Of a DNA stretch of 64,000 nt, positions 52,669 through 60,879 are shown in pieces; the first letter of the stretch is position 1; each line of letters begins with the position of its first letter. The stretch is from an uncultured Gammaproteobacteria bacterium (GTDB lineage Bacteria; Patescibacteriota; Patescibacteriia; Patescibacteriales; WJLG01). Where the stretch lies: assembly GCA_964547855.1 (NCBI GenBank), contig CAZJPG010000005.1, forward strand, positions 3,445-67,444. Direction: 5' to 3'. The translations under genes and the position numbers were made by a program. The notes under the pieces are model-generated. The model ran no database searches, was not told the DNA's origin, and saw only the letters and a program-made list of their open reading frames with translations.

Positions 52669-54666
52669 ATCGCACTTTGGACAATATTTGTGTTCACCAG
52701 GAAGATAACCATGTTTAGGGCAAATCGAGAATGTTGGGGTAATAGTGAAATATGGCAATTTATAATTATACACTATTTTCTTCACCAACTGTTTGGCAGC
52801 TTCCGGATCGTCGATCTTCTGACCCAAGAAACCATGCAAAACAGTTCCGCCAGTATACTTTGTCTGAAGATCGTCCTGAAGGTCCAAGGCTTCGAAAATA
52901 TCGCTAGTATGATTGACTGGCAAGTGAGTAGAGTTGGTGTAATAAGGATCGGCTCCGTTCTTGTAAGCCTCCTCATTGGCAACGATGATATTAGGATAGA
53001 CCTCTTTATCTTTCTTAGCGAAACGATAGGTCGCGCCTTCGGCCGGTGAAGCCTCAAGGTTATAGAGATTATTGGTCTCATTCTGATAAGTGGCCAACTT
53101 CTCTCTCATGAAATTAAGGATCTCGATGGCAAAAGCCTTGCCTTCCTTACTGGCGATATTCTGCTTCATGAAATTGACCAAAGCCTCATTCATGCCATTA
53201 ATACCAATGGTCGAAAAATGATTCTGCCAAAATTTACCAAATCTCTCTTTGATCTCTGACAAGTAGAATTTAGAATATGGGTAAAGTCCATCATCGGTGA
53301 ATTTCTCGATTATCTTGCGCTTGATCTCCAAGCTCTCTTTAGCCAAGTCCATCAAATGACCCAATCTCTTCTTGAAATCTTCCTTGTCACTAGACAAGAA
53401 ACCGATTCTGACGAGATTGATGGTTACGACACCTAATGAACCAGTCAAAGGGTTGGCACCGAAAAGTCCGCCACCTCTCTTACGCAATTCGCGATTATCA
53501 AGACGCAAACGGCAGCACATACTGCGAGCGTCATCTAATTTCATATCGGAATTGACGAAGTTGGAGAAGTAAGGAATGCCGTATTTAGCGGTCATCTCCC
53601 AAACCTTCTTCATAGAAGCGCGGTTCCAATCGAATTCTTTGTCTATATTGTAAGTCGGGATCGGGAAAGCGAACATTCTGTGTCTAGAATCGCCATCAAG
53701 CATGACTTCGGCGAAAGCCTCATTGAACATATCGATCTCCTTCTGGAAATCTTTATATTTCTCCGGCATCAATTTGCCGCCAATGATCACAGATTCCTGA
53801 CTGAAAGAAGGGGTTGGGGTAACATCCAAAGTAATATTGGTGAACGGAGTCTGAAAACCGACGCGAGTTGGGACGTTCAAATTAAAGACGAACTCCTGCA
53901 AAGCCTGCTTGACGTCTTCATAGTCCAATCCGTCGTATCTAATAAACGGAGCTAACAAAGTATCGAAATTAGCGAAAGCCTGGGCTCCGGCCGCCTCGCC
54001 TTGTGTAGTATAAAGGAAGTTAACGATCTGACCCAAGGCACTGCGGAAGTGCTTAGGTGGCTTAGATTGAGTCTTTTCATCGACTCCAGCAAAACCGCGT
54101 ATCAAAAGGTCCTTAAGATTCCAGCCGCAGCAATATGGAGCCAACATGCCCAAGTCGTGTAAATGGAAATCACCATTGACATGAGCATCGCGAATCTCCT
54201 GCGGATATAGCTTATTCAACCAATATTTAGCCGATATGGCAGAGGCCAGATAGTTATTCAAACCCTGCACGGAAAAACTCATATTGCTATTTTCCTTCAA
54301 TCTCCAGTCGGCCTGACCAAGATAATCTTCCATCAATCTCTCTTCGTTAGTCTTAGCATTCAAATCTCTAAGCTGACGATGCTGATCTCTATAAAGTATG
54401 AAGGCCTTAGCCACAGATATGACCTTATTCTCGATCAAGGTCTCTTCGACAGCATCCTGCACTTCTTCTACGGCAGGAATGCTTCGGGAATGGAATTTGC
54501 GAGACAATTTATCAACGACCTGGTTGACCAATTTCTCTATCATTTCATTGTCATGGAAATCGACCGATTCGGCGGCCTTGCTGATCGCCAAGGAAATCTT
54601 GTTTCTGTCGAAATCGACGATTTCTCCGGAACGCTTCCTGATTTGAGAGATTAAGTTAGTTGGCAT
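52504..54666 (-). CDS. nrdD: anaerobic (class III) ribonucleoside-triphosphate reductase, main body lacking the glycyl-radical motif
   Basis: ATP-cone N-terminus and the barrel core (...MCCRLRLD...GGGLFG...). Ends ...LPYFTITPTFSICPKHGYLPGEHKYCPKCD plus a non-conserved 55-aa tail. Confidence 0.93.
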   Translation of the reverse strand: MPTNLISQIRKRSGEIVDFDRNKISLAISKAAESVDFHDNEMIEKLVNQVVDKLSRKFHSRSIPAVEEVQDAVEETLIENKVISVAKAFILYRDQHRQLRDLNAKTNEERLMEDYLGQADWRLKENSNMSFSVQGLNNYLASAISAKYWLNKLYPQEIRDAHVNGDFHLHDLGMLAPYCCGWNLKDLLIRGFAGVDEKTQSKPPKHFRSALGQIVNFLYTTQGEAAGAQAFANFDTLLAPFIRYDGLDYEDVKQALQEFVFNLNVPTRVGFQTPFTNITLDVTPTPSFSQESVIIGGKLMPEKYKDFQKEIDMFNEAFAEVMLDGDSRHRMFAFPIPTYNIDKEFDWNRASMKKVWEMTAKYGIPYFSNFVNSDMKLDDARSMCCRLRLDNRELRKRGGGLFGANPLTGSLGVVTINLVRIGFLSSDKEDFKKRLGHLMDLAKESLEIKRKIIEKFTDDGLYPYSKFYLSEIKERFGKFWQNHFSTIGINGMNEALVNFMKQNIASKEGKAFAIEILNFMREKLATYQNETNNLYNLEASPAEGATYRFAKKDKEVYPNIIVANEEAYKNGADPYYTNSTHLPVNHTSDIFEALDLQDDLQTKYTGGTVLHGFLGQKIDDPEAAKQLVKKIVYNYKLPYFTITPTFSICPKHGYLPGEHKYCPKCDAENGFQGEDIEIHGAEGNEKSAFQEKIRDEQVVVMRDDSAVSDGSERNIISQLA

Positions 54667-54800
54667 GGGGTTTGGTTGAATTTCGAATTTTGAATTCTGA
54701 CGTCCTAAATTTAACTCCTTGTTGGAAACGTCTTGATCGTCGTTTCCTTTAAATTCGGGCAGAACTGAAATTTTCTATTCTTGAAAGTAAAATTTTGATT

Positions 54801-55274
54801 CTATTTTTGTTCTTTGCTTCTCTTTCCTCGTACTAATTCATTCAAAGTATCTACGAAATCCTCAGCATCCTTGAAAGACTGGTACACAGAGGCAAATCTT
54901 ATATAAGCTACTATATCCATTTCTTTAAGATGTTCCATGACTATCTTGCCGACCTCACTGGATGGAACTTCACTCTTACGCAACTGTTGTATGTCCCTTT
55001 CTATGTTATGGACCAATTTCTTGAAGTCGTCATCGGACACTGGTCTCTTTTCCAAGGCCTTCTTAAGACCGGAAATGAGTTTGTCTCGGCTATACGTCTC
55101 TTTCTCGTTATTACGCTTAAGGACTGTAAGGTCCAAAATTTCCATTTCTTCGAAGGTCGAGAACCTGAAACCGCATTTTTCGCACTCCCTTCTTCTTCTA
55201 ATAGAAAGACCGTCGGTGGCGACCCTAGAATCTATTACTTTGGTATCGTCATGATAACAGATTGGACACTTCAT
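54801..55274 (-). CDS. nrdR: transcriptional repressor NrdR
   Basis: MKCPICYHDDTKVIDSRVATDGLSIRRRRECEKCGFRFSTFE Zn ribbon plus ATP cone. Confidence 0.95.
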   Translation of the reverse strand: MKCPICYHDDTKVIDSRVATDGLSIRRRRECEKCGFRFSTFEEMEILDLTVLKRNNEKETYSRDKLISGLKKALEKRPVSDDDFKKLVHNIERDIQQLRKSEVPSSEVGKIVMEHLKEMDIVAYIRFASVYQSFKDAEDFVDTLNELVRGKRSKEQK

Positions 55275-55380
55275 ATTTGGGTTTTAGGCTAAAAATCGCT
55301 AAGATGGTGGGGAAATTGACAACTGCTATATTTTGTATCGTGATATTGTTTCACACCCAACATCTTGTGGTACTATTTAT

Positions 55381-55409
55381 ATTATACACCTAAAAAAAAC
55401 CGTGGTCAA
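55381..55409 (-). promoter_or_regulatory. promoter of nrdR(-nrdD-nrdG)
   Basis: Minus sense TTGACC (55409-55404), 17-nt spacer, TATAAT (55386-55381). Confidence 0.45.
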
Positions 55410-55682
55410 TCTCCTCTCCCCACGTTTTTTTATATGAAAGTTAGCCCAGTAAACAGCCAAAATATTTATCCACAGGCTGACATAGAATACTTAATCCATG
55501 ATCAAACCCATCAACGGAGGATAACACAGTAAAAAATCCATCCAGAGGCTTTTGTCTGTAACGTCTCTAATTAAATTATGTATATTTATATATAATAATA
55601 TTGTAGGGCAAAACGATAAAAAAAGGTGGACAATTAATCTGTTTATACTATAATAAGACATATAAGAAAAATAAGAAGCGCT

Positions 55683-57095
55683 ATGTTAAAACCCTTCAAA
55701 AAGATCGCCTTATCATCAATGATCCTCGTCGGGATCGTCTCCTATGGAATAGGAGCCTTTGCCCAAGACGAACCAGATCCTAACTTTAATCCAAGTTATA
55801 TAATAAGCGATGCCGAGATACTGGACTACAACTCCATGACCAAGGAGGAGATCCAGGCCTTCTTGGAATCCAAGGATAGTTATCTGGCCAACTATTCAGC
55901 CACTAACCCTTACACCGGCGAGACCGAGACCGTCGCCGAGATAATCTATGGGCGCTGTCAGGCCAACTTGATCAGTCCAAAGTTCGTCCTTGTCCTTTTA
56001 CAGAAAGAACAGGGGTTGATCGAGGACGAATCCCCTTCTCAAGGGTCCTTGGATTGGGCTACTGGCTACGGCTGTCCTGATGGCGGTGGTTGCAATGCCC
56101 GCTGGCAAGGCATCTGGAAACAGATCAATAGCGCTACGCTCCAATTCTACGATTATATAGAAAACCCGACCGATTACACCTACCAAAAAGATAAGACCTA
56201 TACTTTTAGCAATAAATACTCCACAACTATCCAGGGAAGTGTCTCTGTCACCCCTTATAACAACGCGACTGCCGCCCTCTACAACTACACCCCTCACGTC
56301 TTTAACGGCAACTATAACTTCTGGAAACTCTGGAGCAGATACTTTGCCAAGACCTATTACCCAAGCGGATCTTTGCTACAGGCTAAGGGCGAAGGCGGTG
56401 TTTGGCTCATTCAGGGTGGTCAAAAACGTCCTTTCACTTCCAAAAGCGCCCTCACTTCTCGCTTTGACGAAAACAAGATAATTCAGGTGGACAAGAGCGT
56501 CTTAGATAAATACTCGACCGGAGCGCCGATAAAATTCCCTAACTACTCTTTGATAAAATCCCCTCGCGGAACGATCTTCTTATTGGTCGATGGGAAAAAA
56601 AGAGGCTTTACATCCAGTGCAGTCTTTAAAACTTTCGGCTATAACCCAGAAGAGGTTATGAATGCCAGTTGGGAAGACATAAATTCCTATATCGACGGCG
56701 AACCGCTTTCCGCGACCTCGACCTATCCGATCGGCGCCTTGTTGCAGGACAAGACCACGGGTGGCGTTTACTGGGTCGAAGAAGGAATAAAATATCCGCT
56801 CCACGACAAAGCCTTGTTGACCTATAAATTCAAGAAAAAGAAGATCATCCCGACCGATCCAAAAGATCTTGAGGTCTATCCGACCGGAGCCCCGGTATTA
56901 TTCGGCGACGGAGAACTCATAACCTCATCAAATACCAAAGCTGTCTATTTGATAGATGAAGGCAAGAAGCGCCCATTCTTCTCTGGCGATGTATTCCTTA
57001 AACTTGGATACAAATGGGAGAACATCATCAGCGTCTCACCACAGTATTTGAATAAATACGAGATCGGAGAACCGATCAAAGAAAGCGACATTTAA
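55683..57095 (+). CDS. secreted hypothetical protein (470 aa) with four C-terminal ~45-aa repeats
   Basis: Signal peptide. Repeat pattern G.(V/I)(W/Y/F)L(I/V).(G/E)GKKRPF.S..VF...G(Y/F) occurs 4 times. Confidence 0.75.
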   Translation: MLKPFKKIALSSMILVGIVSYGIGAFAQDEPDPNFNPSYIISDAEILDYNSMTKEEIQAFLESKDSYLANYSATNPYTGETETVAEIIYGRCQANLISPKFVLVLLQKEQGLIEDESPSQGSLDWATGYGCPDGGGCNARWQGIWKQINSATLQFYDYIENPTDYTYQKDKTYTFSNKYSTTIQGSVSVTPYNNATAALYNYTPHVFNGNYNFWKLWSRYFAKTYYPSGSLLQAKGEGGVWLIQGGQKRPFTSKSALTSRFDENKIIQVDKSVLDKYSTGAPIKFPNYSLIKSPRGTIFLLVDGKKRGFTSSAVFKTFGYNPEEVMNASWEDINSYIDGEPLSATSTYPIGALLQDKTTGGVYWVEEGIKYPLHDKALLTYKFKKKKIIPTDPKDLEVYPTGAPVLFGDGELITSSNTKAVYLIDEGKKRPFFSGDVFLKLGYKWENIISVSPQYLNKYEIGEPIKESDI

Positions 57096-57097
57096 TT

Positions 57098-57895
57098 ATG
57101 CCTATAAGCTTCGCGGCCATAGCTCCCCACTCCCCAATACTCGTACCGACGATCGGCAAAGAGAACATCTCTAGCCTATCGAAAACGATAAAAACCTACG
57201 AAAAGATGGGCGAGCTATTGTCTTCGGTCGAAACGGACGCCGTAATGATCATCTCTCCACACGGCAAAAAAGAAGGCCCAAAGATCGGACTATGGGTCGC
57301 CCCAGAACTTAAAGTCAATTTTGAAGAGTTCGGCGACTTCTCCTCGAAGATAGACATCGCCAACGATTTGGCCGTAGCCGAAACCATCAGATCGTCATTG
57401 CTTGAAAGCGAGTCATTAAAAGCTATAAACGGGCCGGTGATGAATTTCGGCTTCGGTGTTCCGGCATTCCTGTTGTTAAAAGACAAGAAAGACGTAAAAG
57501 CCATTTCCATAAACTCTTCCTCTGCTACCGCCAAAGAACATTTCGAGATCGGAGCGATCATTGGCAAAGCCTTGGAAAAAGAAAAGAAGAATATCGGCAT
57601 AGTCGCCTCCTGCGACCTATCGCACCGCCTAACAAAATCATCGCCAGCCGGATTCTCTCCTAAGGGACAAAAATTCGACTTACGAGTCATTGACCTGATA
57701 CACGAGAAAAGAATAGAAGACCTTTTGAATATAGATGACAAGCTAGTCGAAGAGGCCAAGCCTTGCGGGCTTAAACCGATCATGATGCTCTTCGGCATAC
57801 TTTACGGCGCCGGAGCTGACTGGGAAATGTCTTCATCGACCTATGAATCGCCATTCGGCGTCGGCTACCTAACAGCTTTACTTCCTACAAAATAA
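57098..57895 (+). CDS. LigB/MEMO-like (class III extradiol dioxygenase fold) protein
   Basis: FAAIAPHSPILVP...VMIISPHG...SCDLSHRL pattern. The call rests on fold-family resemblance only. Confidence 0.6.
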   Translation: MPISFAAIAPHSPILVPTIGKENISSLSKTIKTYEKMGELLSSVETDAVMIISPHGKKEGPKIGLWVAPELKVNFEEFGDFSSKIDIANDLAVAETIRSSLLESESLKAINGPVMNFGFGVPAFLLLKDKKDVKAISINSSSATAKEHFEIGAIIGKALEKEKKNIGIVASCDLSHRLTKSSPAGFSPKGQKFDLRVIDLIHEKRIEDLLNIDDKLVEEAKPCGLKPIMMLFGILYGAGADWEMSSSTYESPFGVGYLTALLPTK

Positions 57896-57922
57896 AACAA
57901 CCCATCGCTGGGTTGTTTTTTT
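57896..57922 (+). terminator. rho-independent terminator
   Basis: AACAACCCA-TCGC-TGGGTTGTT followed by TTTTT. Confidence 0.7.
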
Positions 57923-57967
57923 ATATTATCGAAACAGTAAAAATGGCATCTATTCTCTATTCTCTAT

Positions 57968-58264
57968 TCAATCTTCAGTCTTCCCCTTCGCCTTATTTGC
58001 CACCACTTTAAAAAAATATTTCCACCTATCACCGCTCTGGCAAAGCTCTTTGGTGTCATTTAGGCATATCTCTACGAAATCTTTGGGATTATCTTTACAT
58101 ATCTTAAAGACAGAACCCCTTTTAAAAGCCGGTATGCCCAGCTCTTTTATGACGCGCAAAGCCAAATCCTGCCACTGGTAGGCTGGCGGCTTCTTCTCTT
58201 GAGGCCTAGGAACGGAAAACAGTGACCCCAGGCTTTGAAAACCATCATCTTTCTTGACATTCAT
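57968..58264 (-). CDS. hypothetical protein (98 aa)
   Basis: ORF track; no motif recognised. Confidence 0.6.
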   Translation of the reverse strand: MNVKKDDGFQSLGSLFSVPRPQEKKPPAYQWQDLALRVIKELGIPAFKRGSVFKICKDNPKDFVEICLNDTKELCQSGDRWKYFFKVVANKAKGKTED

Positions 58265-58344
58265 AGGGATTATTTGCCTTTTGTCTATTTTAGTATTATT
58301 ATAATAATTTAGCGAAAATATAATAAAAAATCAAATACATATAT

Positions 58345-58839
58345 ATGGCTAAAATATTGGATATAATCCTCAATCCGAATTCAGTGCTTCGCATGACCGC
58401 CAAAGAGATAGAAAAAAAGGACATAACCTCTCCCCAAATGCGTGAGTTGGCAGAAGACATGTTTCAGACCATGATGGAGAAAGATGGCGTCGGCTTAGCC
58501 GCCCCACAGATCGGAAAAAGCATAAGATTGGTCGTCATTCACACCAAAGAAGGTAGTCTTTTCCTTTTCAATCCTAAAATAATAAAAAAATCCATCCTTA
58601 AAGAATGGGACGAGGAAGGCTGTCTTTCTGTACCGATGTATTTTGGTGAGGTAAAAAGACACCGATCGGTGACTTGTAGCTTTTTCGATGAGAACGGAGA
58701 AAAACGCAAGGTTACGGCCCACGGTCTATTGGCTAGAGTCATGCAACACGAGATCGATCACCTTGACGGCATACTATTCATAGATAAAGCGAAGAACGTC
58801 AAAAAATTAGATGAAGCCGAAGTCAAAGAGGAGGATTAA
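58345..58839 (+). CDS. def: peptide deformylase
   Basis: GVGLAAPQIG, EGCLSVP, HEIDHLDG motifs. Confidence 0.95.
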   Translation: MAKILDIILNPNSVLRMTAKEIEKKDITSPQMRELAEDMFQTMMEKDGVGLAAPQIGKSIRLVVIHTKEGSLFLFNPKIIKKSILKEWDEEGCLSVPMYFGEVKRHRSVTCSFFDENGEKRKVTAHGLLARVMQHEIDHLDGILFIDKAKNVKKLDEAEVKEED

Positions 58840-58840
58840 T

Positions 58841-59461
58841 TCACTCCCCTTTCTTTTTCTTACTCCTTTTTCGTATAACCAAAAAGACCACGAAACAAAT
58901 TCCCACCACCGCTCCGGTATAAGTTATCTGATGATAATACGATGCTAACAAAGCCTGATTAGCCCCGAAAAAATAACCCAAGGCGGCCAAGATGGAATTC
59001 CAGATCGCCGAACCCAAGATCGTATAAAATATAAAACTTCCGAAGTTCATTTTAGCAAAACCAGCCGGAAGCGATATGAGCTGTCTGACGACCGGCACCA
59101 AACGACCGATCAAAGTCGAGATGTTGCCATATTTCAAAAAATATTCCTCGGCTTTCTTGACCTTATTGGAATCTATCATCAAAAGCTTCATGAGGCGATG
59201 ATCGGCCAATTTACAGACTAGTGCCCGACCAAGATATAAAGCTATGATATAGTTAAAAGTAGCCCCGATGACACTACCGACGACGCCGGACACGATAACC
59301 AGCCAAATATTCATCTCGCCCCTAGAGGCCAAATAAGCCGCTGGCGTTATCACGACTTCCGACGGAAACGGGATAAAAGAACTTTCTATAGCCATCAAAG
59401 CGATAATGCCCTTATAGCCCATCTGACCGAATAGTCCCAAAAAATAGTTTATCAAATCCAT
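58841..59461 (-). CDS. DedA-family membrane protein
   Basis: ...YKGIIALMAIESSFIPFPSEVV...; start trimmed to ATG 59461. Confidence 0.85.
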   Translation of the reverse strand: MDLINYFLGLFGQMGYKGIIALMAIESSFIPFPSEVVITPAAYLASRGEMNIWLVIVSGVVGSVIGATFNYIIALYLGRALVCKLADHRLMKLLMIDSNKVKKAEEYFLKYGNISTLIGRLVPVVRQLISLPAGFAKMNFGSFIFYTILGSAIWNSILAALGYFFGANQALLASYYHQITYTGAVVGICFVVFLVIRKRSKKKKGE

Positions 59462-59531
59462 AAAATTGTTTTTTACACTGTATTCAAGATAACATCCCAA
59501 AACAAAAACGGCAAACCCAACAGGTTCACCG

Positions 59532-59765
59532 TTAAAAAAGCTTAGTCTTGCCGCACTTTGGCATCTTCCTTTTACGGTTGCCGTGCCTTAGCCGATCGAT
59601 AAAGAGCGAGCAAGCGCCGACCAATTCATGAAAATTGCCGTAGTCGAGCACTGAAGGATCATACGCATTGAAATAATCACACTTTCGACAGATGTCGACT
59701 GGGACAAATGGTCTGGCCTGAAATACTGTCGGAGTCAAATCTGACTCTGTTAGTTCTTGGCTCAT
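59532..59765 (-). CDS. hypothetical small Cys-containing protein (77 aa from ATG 59765)
   Basis: GGGGG SD-like run upstream; CRKC...C...C pattern; GC-richer. Confidence 0.45.
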   Translation of the reverse strand: MSQELTESDLTPTVFQARPFVPVDICRKCDYFNAYDPSVLDYGNFHELVGACSLFIDRLRHGNRKRKMPKCGKTKLF

Positions 59766-59848
59766 AACCACAACCCCCGATCTTAAAGAACGATGATGGG
59801 ACTGAAATATTTTCTAAACATTAAAATATATTTAAATTTTTGTCAAAT

Positions 59849-60802
59849 ATGCAGCAAAAGTTAACGACCGTATTCTTAGGCAGCCCCGACTTTGCCGTAC
59901 CCTCTTTATCAGCTCTAGCCAGCGACGAAAGATTTAAGATAGCCGCCGTCATAACCCAGCCAGACAAACCGGCCGGACGCGGACAGACCATGACTCCTCC
60001 GCCAGTCAAAAAATTCGCCATGGAGCGCGGCTTCGATGTCTGGCAGCCAACTAAATTAAGAGAGGTCAAAGAAAAACTCGAAGCTCTCTCCCCTGATCTT
60101 TTGGTCGTAGTCGCTTATGGTAAATTAGTGCCGAAAGATATTCTGTCCATACCGAAATATGGTTGCGTCAACGTTCACGGATCGATACTTCCTCGTTATA
60201 GAGGTGCGGCCGTCCTTCAGGCCCCGATACTTAACGGCGACGACAAGACCGGCGCGACGATCATGTTAATGGATGAGGGCTTGGACACCGGACCATTGCT
60301 CAAGATCGTAGAGATGCCCCTAAACGGCACGGAGAACCTCGAAAACGTCCATGACGAGCTGTCGAAACTGGGGGCGAATGAATTACCACAGACTTTGATC
60401 GACTACACAGAGGGCAAAATAGAGCCTCAAGTTCAAAACGGCCCATCCTCATATTATAAAGAGATCAAAAAAGAAGACGGAAAGATCGATTGGTCTAAGC
60501 CGGCGTCCGAGATAGAAAGAATGGTCCGAGCCTACACCCCTTGGCCGGGAGTCTTCGGACAATTAGCGATCAAACAGGAAGAATTGAAGATCGTAAAAAT
60601 ATTAAAAGTCGATAGTAATATTTTAAAAACGGAAGAATTCCAAACCGGAGAGATATTTCAAGAAGGGAAAAAGCTGGCCGTTAAGTGCGGTGATGGCGCT
60701 CTAGTCATAGAAAAGTTGCAAATGGAAGGCGGGAAACCATTGCCAGCAGAAGAATTCCTGCGCGGACATGCCGACATCGTCGGAAAGAAGTTCGTCATAT
60801 AA
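59849..60802 (+). CDS. fmt: methionyl-tRNA formyltransferase
   Basis: VFLGSPDFAVPSL..., ...NVHGSILPRYRGAAVLQAPILNGD... is canonical. Start trimmed from TTG 59840 to ATG 59849. Confidence 0.95.
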   Translation: MQQKLTTVFLGSPDFAVPSLSALASDERFKIAAVITQPDKPAGRGQTMTPPPVKKFAMERGFDVWQPTKLREVKEKLEALSPDLLVVVAYGKLVPKDILSIPKYGCVNVHGSILPRYRGAAVLQAPILNGDDKTGATIMLMDEGLDTGPLLKIVEMPLNGTENLENVHDELSKLGANELPQTLIDYTEGKIEPQVQNGPSSYYKEIKKEDGKIDWSKPASEIERMVRAYTPWPGVFGQLAIKQEELKIVKILKVDSNILKTEEFQTGEIFQEGKKLAVKCGDGALVIEKLQMEGGKPLPAEEFLRGHADIVGKKFVI

Positions 60803-60824
60803 AAGACAAGACCATATTTTAAAA

Positions 60825-60863
60825 GCCTCTGACCTAAAAAGGATCAGAGGCTTTTGTTTTTTT
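60825..60863. terminator. bidirectional terminator between fmt and the FN3-repeat gene
   Basis: GCCTCTGA(CC)-TAAAAA-(GG)ATCAGAGGC, flanked by AAAA and TTTTGTTTTTTT. Confidence 0.7.
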
Positions 60864-60879
60864 GAATTTCCTTGATCGA

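Noticed and set aside
55343-55362. parS-like half site TGTTTCAC-ACCCAACA
   Set aside because: Only about 12/16 positions match TGTTTCACGTGAAACA and the palindrome is broken. It overlaps the putative NrdR-box region and is most likely chance.
55466-55474. Perfect DnaA box TTATCCACA in the divergent nrdR / 470-aa gene spacer (plus TTATCCACC at 45890-45898), suggesting oriC
   Set aside because: Each is an isolated box. A specific 9-mer is expected about 0.5 times by chance in 128 kb of two-strand sequence. There is no cluster of boxes, no adjacent AT-rich DUE repeats, and no dnaA/dnaN nearby.
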